Of a stretch of 64,000 bases of DNA, positions 1 through 11,065 are shown one piece after another. Below the pieces are notes generated by a model, which saw nothing but the letters and a program-made list of their open reading frames with translations, ran no database searches and was not told where the DNA came from. Made by a program: the position numbers and the translations under genes. This stretch comes from a bacterium (lineage in GTDB: Bacteria; Patescibacteriota; Patescibacteriia; UBA9570), in the NCBI GenBank assembly GCA_030698395.1, contig JAUYKW010000025.1, forward strand, positions 68,179-132,178, given 5' to 3'. Each line of letters begins with the position of its first letter. Within the stretch, counting starts at the first letter, position 1.

Positions 1-1
1 T

Positions 2-1303
2 CCAGGTGATGCCGTAAATGTAAATATTAAAATCACACCAATTTATGAAGAAGAAATAGTTACCACACCCACTACCCCAGTCACCTCAATAGATGAAGAA
101 ACAACCGAAGAAAAAGAGGGTATTAACGAACCTTTAACAGAAGAAGAAATTGTAGAGGCAGAAACGCTTGTTGAGGACTTAAAAGGAAGAATAATATTTC
201 CTGGCGATCTTGATCCTGTTGAGGAAAAGTTAGTAATAGATTATCTAGCAGAAGGTTTAACCTTAGATATAATTGGCGGAGAAAAAAATAACGGATCTCT
301 TATCCTGGAAATACCAGACAATCAAGAATACTTAGAATTAATTGGTAAAGCTGTTCCTGGCAGTACAATCCAACTCTCTACCTGCGGTACAGAATTAACA
401 GCGGGAGAAGTTATCATTGCTGATGCACTTGGAATCTGGAATGCAAAGCTAAACGTGAGCGATTTAGTTAGTGGCAAAAATATCATACTTGCTGAATCCA
501 TTATAAATGGTATATCAAGTGGAAAGAAAATTATCGGTCAATTTATCAACACAAAAACAGCTAAGTTTAAACTCACATTCTGGTTAATTATAGTTAATCT
601 TTTTATCATCCTAGTTATCTCATTAATTGTGAACTACGTAGCTGGTAGAAAAAACGATGATAAAGAAACTATAAAAGAATCTACGAAAAAACAGCCCGTC
701 AAGAAACAAACTAGTCAATCCAGATTATGGATTGTCATTGCTACAATTATCCTTGCCATCCTATTGCTATTAGTTAGCTTGCTTCCAGCAACTGGTGAAA
801 AAGAGATTGAGCTCACCTCTACAGTTAATTTACCAGAATTTGTAATAGATTCTGCTAATGATGAAGGTGTTGATCCAAATAATTCCATTTCTTTAGAAGG
901 AGATAACTTGATCATTAAAGGTAGAGGACTACCAGGAGCAACTGCATCTTTATCAGCCTGCGAAGGAGTAGATAGTTATCTAATTGATATTGATGAGGCA
1001 GGAAATTGGACATTGGAAATTCCAGTATCTGAAATTCCAAATAATGAAGCCAGCTTTTCGTTTAACTTAGTTAATGATGAAGGAGTTAACATCGCACCAG
1101 ATAGTCAAATAATTCAAGTTAAAGTAAGTGAAGCTACGGGAATCTTACCCGATTGGCTAATAATATTATTACTAATAATTTTGATTGTAATAAGCAATGG
1201 ATTGGTTTATATGTATCGCAAGACAAAGAAAGATCCACCGACAAAGAATCAAATCATAAAGAAATCACCAAATAAAAAAGTAGTTTCAAAAAAAACCTAC
1301 TAG
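2..1303 (+). CDS. Membrane-anchored surface protein with two Ig-like (Big-type) repeats and three TM helices; 5'-truncated by the window edge
   Basis: The frame of ORF 455..1303 is open back to position 2 (PGDAVNVNIK...). Repeats LIGKAVPGSTIQLSTCG..ADALGIWN and IKGRGLPGATASLSACEG..IDEAGNWT; hydrophobic segments followed by Lys-rich stretches. Confidence 0.7.
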   Translation, partial: PGDAVNVNIKITPIYEEEIVTTPTTPVTSIDEETTEEKEGINEPLTEEEIVEAETLVEDLKGRIIFPGDLDPVEEKLVIDYLAEGLTLDIIGGEKNNGSLILEIPDNQEYLELIGKAVPGSTIQLSTCGTELTAGEVIIADALGIWNAKLNVSDLVSGKNIILAESIINGISSGKKIIGQFINTKTAKFKLTFWLIIVNLFIILVISLIVNYVAGRKNDDKETIKESTKKQPVKKQTSQSRLWIVIATIILAILLLLVSLLPATGEKEIELTSTVNLPEFVIDSANDEGVDPNNSISLEGDNLIIKGRGLPGATASLSACEGVDSYLIDIDEAGNWTLEIPVSEIPNNEASFSFNLVNDEGVNIAPDSQIIQVKVSEATGILPDWLIILLLIILIVISNGLVYMYRKTKKDPPTKNQIIKKSPNKKVVSKKTY

Positions 1304-1313
1304 TAAATAATAA

Positions 1314-2513
1314 CTAAATTTCGTCCGCCCCAATATCTGGCCGATTTGTTGTCGGCCTTTTTTCACCATCATAATCTCTCTTTACTGCCTTGAGTTTCTT
1401 TCCCTTTCTTACTACTTTCTTAATCTTCCTATTTAGATGTAAATTCCCTTTCACTGGTTTTTTAAACCAGTCTTTTTTTGCAGATACAAAATTACGACCA
1501 ATTGTTCCAGAACCTCCATCACGTGATGAAATTAATTTATTCGTTAAGTTATTGTGAATTCTCACACCAGACGTACTAGTGAATCGATACTCAATAGCAT
1601 TTACATAATCACCCTGAAAAAATATTGTATTGTTATATACCTTTGCATTGCTAACATTCTCCAGACTAATTCCTACATCATCATTTAAACCTTGGCCATT
1701 ATTAAAAATCATATTATTAGAAATCAGTCCTCCCTGATGACCACGTTTACCTAATCCAAAACCAATTCCTCTATCACAATTAACAATCTTATTGCGCAGT
1801 ACTTTAGTATTTTTTGATTCACTCCAAAAATGAACTGCGTGTTCTGCAAGATATCCATTCTCTGGACTCCGGATATTTTTAAAAGTATTGTCTCTTACTA
1901 TCCAGCTTTCTCCCAAATGAACATCGATACCACCAATATAATATTGCGGTCCGAAATCACTTGTATATTCAAACAGGGAACATTCTACCGATCCATGATC
2001 AGACCCAGTTATATAATCAGATGAGCCTTTTAACATCTGTTCGCCCGTATTGAAAAAATGAACATTATGCACAAACAAATCATCCGCATTTATACTACTT
2101 TCGCCATGTACCTGAATTGCGTGATTAGCTATCTCGCCAATTGTAATGTCAGCAATTGTAACATGATCTCCTGCAACACTAAAGACATGCGATACATTGC
2201 CGGTCATGCCATCACCTTGAATTACTACATTATTTCGTTCGCCAGAAACGCTACGAAATATAACGTTATCAGCAGTAATATACAATTGGCTATTCAAGTT
2301 ATATATACCGTCCTCTAATAATACAGTTGCATCTCTGCCTATTTGGTTAATCTGACTAACAGCATCTTCTAACTCAGTTACATTGCTAACCGTAATCTGT
2401 TGACCACTAATGCCTGTTAGTGGCGCACACCTTTTTTTGATTGCGTCGATTTTTGCGCTAACTAATGCCGGTGTAATTAATAACAAAATTGTAAATATAA
2501 GTATTTTTTTCAT
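1314..2513 (-). CDS. Secreted right-handed parallel beta-helix (pectin-lyase-like) protein
   Basis: Signal peptide MKKILIF..VSA; LEDGIYNL motif, Asn-rich beta-helix repeats (IVRDNTF, VLRNKIV, VYNNTI); C-terminal DYDGEKRP..PDIGADE. Confidence 0.75.
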   Translation of the reverse strand: MKKILIFTILLLITPALVSAKIDAIKKRCAPLTGISGQQITVSNVTELEDAVSQINQIGRDATVLLEDGIYNLNSQLYITADNVIFRSVSGERNNVVIQGDGMTGNVSHVFSVAGDHVTIADITIGEIANHAIQVHGESSINADDLFVHNVHFFNTGEQMLKGSSDYITGSDHGSVECSLFEYTSDFGPQYYIGGIDVHLGESWIVRDNTFKNIRSPENGYLAEHAVHFWSESKNTKVLRNKIVNCDRGIGFGLGKRGHQGGLISNNMIFNNGQGLNDDVGISLENVSNAKVYNNTIFFQGDYVNAIEYRFTSTSGVRIHNNLTNKLISSRDGGSGTIGRNFVSAKKDWFKKPVKGNLHLNRKIKKVVRKGKKLKAVKRDYDGEKRPTTNRPDIGADEI

Positions 2514-2843
2514 AATACTAGTCTATCATGACAAATTTAATCCGAGAAAAAGTAACTATTTTAAAGAAAAATACATAGTACCATTTTTATTACGAACAAC
2601 TATAATTGGGCAAATGCTATCAAATAGAGCAAAAGTAAACGATAATAAAAAGTGTCTAAAAGTTCGAACTAAACTTGAAAATATGTTTGACACAGTAATT
2701 CTCTTAAATACGTTAAGTTTATCCATAAAATGATCATTTTTATTAAGCCCGTCCATTCTATACTGAAATGTCAATTAAGTTAAGCTTGTTATAACACCTG
2801 TAAACACTTGGCTAAAACTGCACTGTCTAGTAAAATGATATAT

Positions 2844-3095
2844 ATGACATTACAAACTGGACCAACCTATATCCAACAATGTCGTCAGATGGGTTTTTCT
2901 GATGATGAAATCAAGGTTGAAATGAAAAAAAATGGCTGGCAAGATGCAGATTTACACGCTGCTTTTGCTCAAGCCGCTGCGCCTACCAACAAAAAGAAAG
3001 GGAAGTCATCTAAACTAGTTATGTGGATTGTTATTGCAATAGTTGCAATTGTCGTGCTTGGTGGTATAGGTTTACTAGCCTTTCTAACCCTATAA
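2844..3095 (+). CDS. Small single-TM protein with N-terminal helical YIQQCRQMGFSDDEIK..GW domain
   Basis: ORF 2808..3095; ATG 2844 lies 7 nt after TAAAAT; C-terminal hydrophobic helix after KKKGK. Confidence 0.65.
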   Translation: MTLQTGPTYIQQCRQMGFSDDEIKVEMKKNGWQDADLHAAFAQAAAPTNKKKGKSSKLVMWIVIAIVAIVVLGGIGLLAFLTL

Positions 3096-3180
3096 ATACC
3101 TTTTTTTATAAAACTACCCACTCTTTACATAAATAAGATTGTCCATTATTATATGGAAAGTCATTTATAACTATCACTTA

Positions 3181-3264
3181 GCCGGGATGGCGGAACTGGT
3201 AGACGCAACGGACTTAAAATCCGTCGGTAGCAATACTGTGAGGGTTCGAGTCCCTCTCCCGGCA
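3181..3264 (+). tRNA. tRNA-Leu(TAA)
   Basis: GCCGGGA acceptor pairs with TCCCGGC; anticodon arm ACGGA-CTTAAAA-TCCGT; long variable arm; GTTCGAG T-loop. Confidence 0.95.
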
Positions 3265-3288
3265 CACAGAAAAAAACGGAAACATAGA

Positions 3289-3317
3289 AAAAGCGTGGTA
3301 ATCCCAACCACGCTTTT
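3289..3317. terminator. Bidirectional intrinsic terminator
   Basis: AAAAGCGTGGT-aatccca-ACCACGCTTTT between convergent tRNA-Leu and IMPase genes. Confidence 0.75.
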
Positions 3318-3377
3318 ATGTATAAATTATAGAACCAATTAGAAATTATACAACTTAGTTGTCCACAATAACAATTT

Positions 3378-4187
3378 CTAAATACGTTTATCTTTTAGAA
3401 CTTTTAATATTTGCTTGTGTATTTTACCATTCGAAGCAATTAAACCGTTGTATGCAATCCTTTTTGGATCTCCCTTGAAGTCAGTAATCATTCCGCCAGC
3501 CTCTTTAACCATCAACATACCAGCAGCCACATCCCAAATACGAACCGGCGGGGTTATAATCATCCCCTCAACACGTCCTGAAGCCACAAAAGCCAGCTCT
3601 AAAGATGATGAACCAAAATGACGCATAGACTGCGCTTCAAACTCAAAATGCTGATAGGCCTTAATGGCTCTTAGCAACGACTTTTTTTCATGAGAATAAG
3701 CAAAACAAAGGAATGATTGATTCAATCTATCTTCATTAGATGTACGCATGCGTACCTCATTTTTTTTCGCTCCTTTTCCAGCTTCTGCAACGAATAATTC
3801 TCGAGTATAAGGAGCATAAATCACCCCTAAAATAGGCTCACCATTTTTTAATAAAGCCATTGTAGTCGTAAAAAAAGTATGACGCATCACAAAGTTTGTT
3901 GTGCCATCCAATGGATCTACTACCCACATGTATTCACTTTTCTGATTATCTGAATCCATACCCTCTTCTTCAGACAATATACTATGCTCCGGATATCTTG
4001 ATTTTATCTTAGAAACTATAAAATCATTAACCTTAAGATCGGTTTTTGTTACAATTTCTCTCTTATCTTTAAACTCAAGTAATTGTCGTTTTCCCTTATA
4101 ACGCAACTCCTCAGGTGCTAAAGCCCTGAACTCTTTCATTAACATATTGCCGGCACGCAATGCGATACCTATTGCGAATTCTTTCAT
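3378..4187 (-). CDS. Inositol monophosphatase family protein (SuhB-like)
   Basis: ILSEE, WVVDPLDGTTNF and WDVAAG motifs. Confidence 0.92.
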   Translation of the reverse strand: MKEFAIGIALRAGNMLMKEFRALAPEELRYKGKRQLLEFKDKREIVTKTDLKVNDFIVSKIKSRYPEHSILSEEEGMDSDNQKSEYMWVVDPLDGTTNFVMRHTFFTTTMALLKNGEPILGVIYAPYTRELFVAEAGKGAKKNEVRMRTSNEDRLNQSFLCFAYSHEKKSLLRAIKAYQHFEFEAQSMRHFGSSSLELAFVASGRVEGMIITPPVRIWDVAAGMLMVKEAGGMITDFKGDPKRIAYNGLIASNGKIHKQILKVLKDKRI

Positions 4188-4230
4188 AATGAAATTATAA
4201 CACTAAATTACAAAAGGTGATAAATCTTAC

Positions 4231-5070
4231 TTATGATCTTAATTTCTTTAAAATCTTCACATCGTCAGGCCGACCCTCTGGCGGTGTTTCTAAAATAAAA
4301 TCCTGACCTTGTAATTTTGGATGATTTACTAAAAAACCCATACCTTCTTTACCAATATAACCCAACTTAATATGTTCGTGCCTATCCTTCTTACTGTTAA
4401 ACTCAACTTTAGAATCATTTACCTGAATTACTGCTAATTTTTTTAATCCAATATATTTGTCTAGCTGAGCAACTAATCCATCTACATCCTTTGCAGTGCG
4501 CATATCGTATCCAGATGCAAAAGCATGTTGAGTATCTAAACAAAATCCAACCTTTGATTTATTAATTTTAATACCCTTTGTTAATTCTGCGATCTCCTCA
4601 AAAGAACATCCTAAGATTTTTCCACTTCCTGCGGCATTCTCTAATAAAAGTTTGCAATCACCATCATAACCTTCCATAACTTGATTTAAACTTTGAATTG
4701 CAACATTAATAGCTTCTTCACGATCTGGCTGACTAGCAGCGCTTCCAGTATGAAACATAACGCCTGCAACTTTCAATCGTGATCCCCGATCTAGCTCCTG
4801 ACGTAGCATAGTAATCGAAGCGTGTCGGATTCTATTATCTGCTGATGCCAAATTAATCAAATATGGAGCATGAATATAATATTTCTCAAAACTATATTTT
4901 TTACAATTACTTATGAATTTCTCCACCATTTCATCGGTAAGTTCAGGACACTTATAAGTTTGTGGTGGACGTGAAAACATCTGAAAAGTTTCTAACTTTT
5001 CTTCATGCGCATTCAGCGGAGCATTAAATACTCCACCAGAACTAGATACATGTGCGCCAATTTTTATCAT
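4231..5070 (-). CDS. nfo: Endonuclease IV (AP endonuclease)
   Basis: IGAHVS, HAPYLINLAS, LLENAAG, CLDTQH, NDSK..DRHEH, ILETP; start set at MIKIGAH (5070). Confidence 0.93.
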   Translation of the reverse strand: MIKIGAHVSSSGGVFNAPLNAHEEKLETFQMFSRPPQTYKCPELTDEMVEKFISNCKKYSFEKYYIHAPYLINLASADNRIRHASITMLRQELDRGSRLKVAGVMFHTGSAASQPDREEAINVAIQSLNQVMEGYDGDCKLLLENAAGSGKILGCSFEEIAELTKGIKINKSKVGFCLDTQHAFASGYDMRTAKDVDGLVAQLDKYIGLKKLAVIQVNDSKVEFNSKKDRHEHIKLGYIGKEGMGFLVNHPKLQGQDFILETPPEGRPDDVKILKKLRS

Positions 5071-5149
5071 AAAAGTATTATAACACAACATTACATGGTA
5101 TAATTTTGTTATCATACGAATCTATTTATTAACCTAAATAATAATCATT

Positions 5150-6073
5150 ATGGCAGGTAAAGTAACAATAATTGGTGCAGGAAATGTTGGAACCGCATGC
5201 GCATACGCGTTAGCAACCGACGGCACTCCAAGTGAAGTAGTTTTATTAGATCGAAATCTTAGTAAAGCTCAAGGAGAAATTATGGACATTGAGCACGGCA
5301 ATGCTTTTCTACCATACACAGAATTTAAGGGGTCAAATAATTATAAAGACGTAGCTGGTTCTGATTTAGTTGTTATCACAGCTGGAGCTCCTCAAAAACC
5401 AGGTGAAACCAGATTAGATTTATTAGCAAAAAATGTCGCAATTTTAAAATCAATTGTTACCGAGGTAAAAAAACACGCACCAAATACCATCTTGCTTGTG
5501 GTAAGTAATCCCGTTGATGTATTAACTTTTTATGCAAAGAAATTTTCTGGATTTCCAAATCATCGTGTAATCGGTTCAGGCACTGTTTTAGATACTGCTC
5601 GATTTCGTTCTTACATTGCAAAAAAATATCATGTAAATGCTCACAATGTTCATGCTTACGTACTAGGTGAACATGGTGATAGCTCATTCCCAGCCATTAG
5701 CACTGCAAATGTTGGACCAGTACCACTCTCCAGTATGCCAGGCTATAAAGAATCCGACATTAAACAAATTCATCAAAAAGTTATAACTGTTGTGTACGAT
5801 ATCATTAAAAAGAAGGGCGCCACAAATTTAGCAATTGCAACCTGCGTCACTCAGTTAGTACGCGCTATCTTAAACGATACTCATGAAATATTTCCAGTAT
5901 CATCCGTATTAAATGGTGAATATGGTGTAAAGGATGTTTCTATTAGTACGCCAACCATATTAGGAAGAAAAGGAATCATTAGGGAATTAGAATTACCAAT
6001 GAATAAAGAAGAAAAAGCGGCATTTAAGAAATCTATCACGGTATTAAAGAAAGCCATCAAATTTGTTAAGTAG
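5150..6073 (+). CDS. ldh: L-lactate dehydrogenase
   Basis: GAGNVG, ITAGAPQKPGETRLDL, SNPVD, GSGTVLDTARFR, GEHGDS. Confidence 0.93.
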   Translation: MAGKVTIIGAGNVGTACAYALATDGTPSEVVLLDRNLSKAQGEIMDIEHGNAFLPYTEFKGSNNYKDVAGSDLVVITAGAPQKPGETRLDLLAKNVAILKSIVTEVKKHAPNTILLVVSNPVDVLTFYAKKFSGFPNHRVIGSGTVLDTARFRSYIAKKYHVNAHNVHAYVLGEHGDSSFPAISTANVGPVPLSSMPGYKESDIKQIHQKVITVVYDIIKKKGATNLAIATCVTQLVRAILNDTHEIFPVSSVLNGEYGVKDVSISTPTILGRKGIIRELELPMNKEEKAAFKKSITVLKKAIKFVK

Positions 6074-6080
6074 CTATAAT

Positions 6081-6119
6081 AAAAAGTAGGTACATGCCGA
6101 GCAAGTACCTACTTTTTTT
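6081..6119. terminator. Bidirectional terminator, GTAG REP-like palindrome copy 1
   Basis: AAAAAGTAGGTACATGCCGAGCAAGTACCTACTTTTTTT between convergent ldh and tig. Confidence 0.8.
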
Positions 6120-6131
6120 AATACCGTATTT

Positions 6132-7475
6132 TTATTCCGTCTCTTCTTTGGATTCTGCCTTTTTCTCCTCTTTTGAATCCAACTTTGATTTGCTTTTTCC
6201 AGAAGCATAATCCTTCATTCTTTGAACGACCTGCTGATTTTTCAACATAGTTCGCGCATAAGAACGAAATTCAAAACTATCGATTTGAGCTTTTTGTTCA
6301 GGTGCATCTTTATATGCTTCACTATATTTAGCAATCTCTGCATCAATATCGGCTTCTGCTACTTTAATTTCATCTTTTTCACCAACAGCTTTCAATACTA
6401 AAGCCCCTTTAACTCTTTTCTCAGCCTGTTCTTTCCAGCTTTCTAACAACTCCTCTTTGGTTTTTTTGATGTGTTCCAAGTAATCATCAATCTTACCGCC
6501 TTGACCCTGAATATCTTGTTGTAATTCTTCAAACATTCTATCCATTTCACCCTTCACCATTATTTGTGGTATCGGATCAAATTCTGCTTGAGTTATAACT
6601 GCTTCTACTACTGCATTTTCATACTTTTGTTCTGCTTCTTGTTCAATCTCTCGCTGAATATTTCCCCGAACTTGCTCTTCTAGCTCTTTCAACGATTTAA
6701 AATTTAACTTTGTAGCAAACTCATCATTCAACTCTGGCAATATTACTTCATTCACCTCTTTTACCTCTACATCAAAGTCACATTCTTTTCCTGCTAAATG
6801 TTTAGTATTATATTCTTTAGGAAAAGTAAGTTTAAATTGTTTCTTCTCCGTTTTTTTCATACCAACAACATTGTCTTCAAATCCAGGAATAAACTGATTT
6901 TCACCAATTGAAACTGGTACGTCTGTTCCTTGTCCACCCTCAACTGGCACACCCGCAAGACTAACCCTGAAACTAGCAACTACTTGGTCGCCCATTTTGG
7001 CAGCCCTGTCTACAGGCTTTGGTGTCGATTGCATCTTACGCAGATCTTGCAAAGTTCTTTTCATTTTCTCCTCATCAACTTTTACTTCTTCTCTTTTAAC
7101 ATTGATAGATTTATAATCTTTCAAATCAACTTCTGGTACTAAAGCAAATGTAGCTGAATAAGTTAAACCATTTCCTGGAGCAAGTTTTTCTACGCTCACT
7201 TCCGGTTGGCCAATGAACTCTAATTCTTCACGCTTTGCTGCTTTTGGCAAAGAATCTTGTATAGCATCATTTGCTGCTTCTTGATAAATCTCCATTTCAC
7301 CAACCTTTTTTTTCAAAACATCATAAGGTGCTTTCCCGGGTCTGAAGCCATCAATCTTTACATCTTTGGAAATACGCTGAGTAGCCTTATCCAAATATGG
7401 CTTCATCTCCTCTTCCAACAAACTAACTGTTAGTTTTATTGTTGTTTTATTTTCAATTTCTTTTTCAATATTCAT
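6132..7475 (-). CDS. tig: Trigger factor
   Basis: IDGFRPGKAP ribosome-binding motif; FIPGFED FKBP domain. Confidence 0.96.
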   Translation of the reverse strand: MNIEKEIENKTTIKLTVSLLEEEMKPYLDKATQRISKDVKIDGFRPGKAPYDVLKKKVGEMEIYQEAANDAIQDSLPKAAKREELEFIGQPEVSVEKLAPGNGLTYSATFALVPEVDLKDYKSINVKREEVKVDEEKMKRTLQDLRKMQSTPKPVDRAAKMGDQVVASFRVSLAGVPVEGGQGTDVPVSIGENQFIPGFEDNVVGMKKTEKKQFKLTFPKEYNTKHLAGKECDFDVEVKEVNEVILPELNDEFATKLNFKSLKELEEQVRGNIQREIEQEAEQKYENAVVEAVITQAEFDPIPQIMVKGEMDRMFEELQQDIQGQGGKIDDYLEHIKKTKEELLESWKEQAEKRVKGALVLKAVGEKDEIKVAEADIDAEIAKYSEAYKDAPEQKAQIDSFEFRSYARTMLKNQQVVQRMKDYASGKSKSKLDSKEEKKAESKEETE

Positions 7476-7481
7476 ATCTAC

Positions 7482-9506
7482 TTACGCTAGAAGCGCAACA
7501 ATTAGCAGAGCAACAATATTCAATACCTTAATCATAGGATTGATTGCTGGTCCTGCTGTATCCTTATATGGATCACCAACTGTATCTCCAGTAACAGCAG
7601 CTGCATGTGCATCTGATCCCTTACCACCATGATGTCCGTCCTCGATATATTTTTTAGCGTTGTCCCATGCACCACCACCAGTAGTCATAGCAATCGCCAT
7701 AAATATTCCAGTAACAATTGATCCCATCAAAACTCCACCTAGAGCAACTGGGCCCAAAGCGTACCAAACGATAAACGGTGTTAATACAGGAAACAATACC
7801 GGCAATACCATTTCTTTAATTGCTGCCTTTGTAACGATATCTACACAAACTGCATAATCAGGTTTTCCGGTACCTTCCATGATTCCTGGAATTTCTCTAA
7901 ATTGACGCCGTACTTCTTGTACTACTGCACCAGCTGCTTTTCCAACTGATTGCATACAAAGAGCTGAGAAGAAGTAAGTCACCATTCCACCAATTAACAA
8001 ACCAACGATCACTTTTGGATTCTCTAGTCCAAATGATAATACTTCACCAGTTGCACTAGTGTAATCCTCAGTATATGCCGCAAACAATACTAATGCTGCT
8101 AATCCAGCAGATCCAATTGCATATCCTTTAGTAACTGCTTTAGTAGTATTTCCAACAGCATCAAGTTTATCGGTAATTTCTCTCACATCCTCTGGCAAAT
8201 CAGCCATCTCTGCAATTCCTCCAGCATTATCTGTAATTGGTCCAAATGCATCAATGGTTACAATAATTCCAGCCATAGAAAGCATGGCCATTGCAGCTAT
8301 AGCAATTCCATATAATTCTGCAAAACCGTACGCACCTAAGATTGCCAAAACAATAATTAGCACTGGTGCGGCTGTTGATTTTAATGATACAGCTAATCCT
8401 TGAATTACGTTTGTACCATGTCCAGATTCAGAAGCAGCAGCAATTGATTTAACTGGCTTGTATTGGGTTGAAGTATAGTACTCAGTAATTACTACCAATG
8501 CAGCAGTCACACCCAAACCAATCAATGCAGAAAAATATAATTCATTTACAGTATATAATCCGTTCTCAGCCATTAACCATTTAGTCACGGGATAGAATAA
8601 TACAGCAGAAAGTAAACCAGCAGCGCCTAATCCTTTATACAACGCACCCATAATACTTTCCTTTTTGCCTAGTTTAATAAACCAAGTACCAATAATTGAA
8701 GTTATAATTGCAACAGCACCAATCGCTAACGGATATAGTAATGTACTTTCACGCACAGCATCACTTAATCCCATTTCCTTAGTAAATAATAAGGAAGCCA
8801 ATAACATTGCTGCTACAGAAGTAACTGCGTAAGTTTCGAATAAATCTGCAGCCATTCCTGCATCGTCTCCAACGTTATCTCCAACGTTATCAGCAATTAC
8901 AGCTGGATTTCGTGGATCGTCTTCTGGAATTCCAGCTTCTACCTTACCAACTAAATCTGCTCCAACATCTGCCGCTTTTGTGAAAATTCCTCCACCTACA
9001 CGAGCAAATACTGAAATTAAACTACCTCCAAAACCAAGTCCAATCAAAGCATCAATGTTACCGTCCATTATATAGTAAACTCCAGCCACACCAAGTAATC
9101 CAAGTCCAACTACCAAAATACCAGTAACAGTTCCACCTTGCACAGCTATTCCCATAGCTTTCTTTAATCCAGTTTTGGCTCCTTCTGCGGTTCGTACATT
9201 TGCTCTAACAGCAACGTTCATTCCAACATATCCAGCCAAAGCTGAAAGTACGGCTCCAATAGCAAATCCTATAGCCATTGGCATGTTTCCGAATACAAAC
9301 GCGAAAACTAAAAATAAAATTACCGCAACAACTGCGATTGTTTTATATTGTCGATTTAAATATGCCTTAGCACCATCTTGAATAGCTTTTGCGATTTCTC
9401 GCATTTTTTCGCTACCATCTGGGTTCTTTTTTACACGCGAAGCTAGTACTAGACCATATACAATGGCCACAACTGCCGTTATCAATGCAAATCCTAATGC
9501 TGTCAT
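7482..9506 (-). CDS. hppA: Membrane-bound proton-translocating pyrophosphatase (K+-independent signature)
   Basis: [59 protein letters not shown]. Confidence 0.95.
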   Translation of the reverse strand: MTALGFALITAVVAIVYGLVLASRVKKNPDGSEKMREIAKAIQDGAKAYLNRQYKTIAVVAVILFLVFAFVFGNMPMAIGFAIGAVLSALAGYVGMNVAVRANVRTAEGAKTGLKKAMGIAVQGGTVTGILVVGLGLLGVAGVYYIMDGNIDALIGLGFGGSLISVFARVGGGIFTKAADVGADLVGKVEAGIPEDDPRNPAVIADNVGDNVGDDAGMAADLFETYAVTSVAAMLLASLLFTKEMGLSDAVRESTLLYPLAIGAVAIITSIIGTWFIKLGKKESIMGALYKGLGAAGLLSAVLFYPVTKWLMAENGLYTVNELYFSALIGLGVTAALVVITEYYTSTQYKPVKSIAAASESGHGTNVIQGLAVSLKSTAAPVLIIVLAILGAYGFAELYGIAIAAMAMLSMAGIIVTIDAFGPITDNAGGIAEMADLPEDVREITDKLDAVGNTTKAVTKGYAIGSAGLAALVLFAAYTEDYTSATGEVLSFGLENPKVIVGLLIGGMVTYFFSALCMQSVGKAAGAVVQEVRRQFREIPGIMEGTGKPDYAVCVDIVTKAAIKEMVLPVLFPVLTPFIVWYALGPVALGGVLMGSIVTGIFMAIAMTTGGGAWDNAKKYIEDGHHGGKGSDAHAAAVTGDTVGDPYKDTAGPAINPMIKVLNIVALLIVALLA

Positions 9507-9551
9507 ATATATTTCTTAGTTATTAATCTACTAATGTTCTTTATAAATAAG

Positions 9552-10964
9552 TTATTTTTTTTCTTCGGTTGATTCTTCAACCTCTGTATTTTCTTTTTGT
9601 TCTTCCGTCTTCTCATCAACTTCTTTTGATTCTTCTTCTTTTTCTTCAACATCATCTTTTTCATCTTTCTGTTCTACATCTTTCTCTGTACTTTCATTAT
9701 TATTCTTTTCTTCTGAATCTTTCTTGCTTTCATCTTTTTCCTCATCTCCTGTTGTTTCGTCTTCAGATTTTTCTGAATCTTCTGAATCATCATCACTACC
9801 TTCTGCTTTACGAATATCAATCGACCAACCAGCTAAGCGAGATGCTAGCCGAACATTCTGACCACTCCGGCCAATTGCTAATGAGAATTGATCTTCTTGT
9901 ACCTCTGCCACCGCAGTTTTATCTTCTTCATTTAGCACGACAGACATAATTTTTGCTGGACTCATTGCATTAACAATATATTTTACCGGATCCTCATCAT
10001 ATTCAATAATATCAATTTTCTCGCCACCCAATTCATTAATAACAGTTTGTACTCTAGTACCACGTTGTCCAACACAAGATCCGATTGGATCAATGCTTGG
10101 ATCGGTTGCTGTTACAGAAATTTTTGATCGTGACCCAGCTTCTCTAGATACACCTTTAATTTCAACTGAACCAGCGGCTATCTCTGGAACTTCTGCTGTA
10201 AATAATGCTGATACTAAATTTGGATGTGATCGTGAAGCAACAATTTCTGGACCCTTATTAGTTTTCTCAATTGAAAGCAATAACACCTTAATTCGTTGAG
10301 TAGCTTTATAAACTTCCCCACGAATTTGTTCACCTGGTGGCATTACTGCAATAGCTTGGCCAAGATCTACAAATATTACTCTGCCTTCTACACGCTGTAC
10401 CATGCCATTAATGACTTCTCCAGATCTATCTTTATATAAGTTATACAAAGTTTCACGTTCAGCTTCTCGCAATTTTTGAATAATTACCTGCTTAGCAGTT
10501 TGTGCTGCCATGCGACCATATTCTTCTGGAACCTCCAGCTCATCACGAATCTCATCACCAATTTCAATATCGGCATCTTCTTCCAACGCCTCTTTCAATG
10601 CAATGTCTGTTTTTGGATTAAACTTTTTCTTAACATCTTCCTGCTCTTCTCCATACGCAGGCCTCTTTGACTCTTCGGGTTCTGGCATAACTTCACCCGC
10701 AGCCTCTGCTTTCTCCCGCTCTTCTTTTTCTTTAATATACTCTTTATATAAATCATCTTCAGCAACAGTATAAACTTCAAAAACTCTCATACTGCCATCA
10801 TTCGGATTAAACTCAACTCGAATATCCTTACCCTTTTTAGCCATCTCTTTACGATAAGCTACGGCCAAAGCCGCTTCGATTGATTCAATCACTGATTCAA
10901 ATGGGATGCCCTTTTCTTCGCAAATTTGCTTAATAGCGGCCCCAATTTCTTTCGCATCTGCCAT
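9552..10964 (-). CDS. nusA: Transcription termination/antitermination factor NusA, with a long acidic C-terminal tail
   Basis: GRMAAQTAKQVIIQKLREAER, SREAGSRSK, GSCVGQRG, LAIGRSGQNVRLA. Confidence 0.96.
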   Translation of the reverse strand: MADAKEIGAAIKQICEEKGIPFESVIESIEAALAVAYRKEMAKKGKDIRVEFNPNDGSMRVFEVYTVAEDDLYKEYIKEKEEREKAEAAGEVMPEPEESKRPAYGEEQEDVKKKFNPKTDIALKEALEEDADIEIGDEIRDELEVPEEYGRMAAQTAKQVIIQKLREAERETLYNLYKDRSGEVINGMVQRVEGRVIFVDLGQAIAVMPPGEQIRGEVYKATQRIKVLLLSIEKTNKGPEIVASRSHPNLVSALFTAEVPEIAAGSVEIKGVSREAGSRSKISVTATDPSIDPIGSCVGQRGTRVQTVINELGGEKIDIIEYDEDPVKYIVNAMSPAKIMSVVLNEEDKTAVAEVQEDQFSLAIGRSGQNVRLASRLAGWSIDIRKAEGSDDDSEDSEKSEDETTGDEEKDESKKDSEEKNNNESTEKDVEQKDEKDDVEEKEEESKEVDEKTEEQKENTEVEESTEEKK

Positions 10965-11016
10965 ATTTATTGTTTGTTATTAATTTATTTATTGAAAATA
11001 TAATTTAAGTTTTTCG

Positions 11017-11052
11017 AAAAAAATAAGCAGTATTCAATGAAATACTACTTAT
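11017..11052 (-). terminator. Terminator-like hairpin in the nusA 5' leader (possible attenuator)
   Basis: Minus strand ATAAGTAGTATT-TCATTG-AATACTGCTTAT-TTTTTT. Confidence 0.6.
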
Positions 11053-11065
11053 AGACTTCTGCTGG

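Noticed and set aside
2410-2774. ORFs 2410..2733(+) and 2556..2774(-)
   Set aside because: AT-rich divergent intergenic region, mutually overlapping, no motifs; cannot be supported as genes
3139-3342. 67-aa ORF
   Set aside because: Translation across tRNA-Leu and its terminator
9552-9810. Low-complexity purine-rich tract in the nusA 3' end (also the PBP1a Asn/Ser tail at 38506-38600)
   Set aside because: Encodes disordered acidic or polar tails in frame; not a nucleotide repeat element
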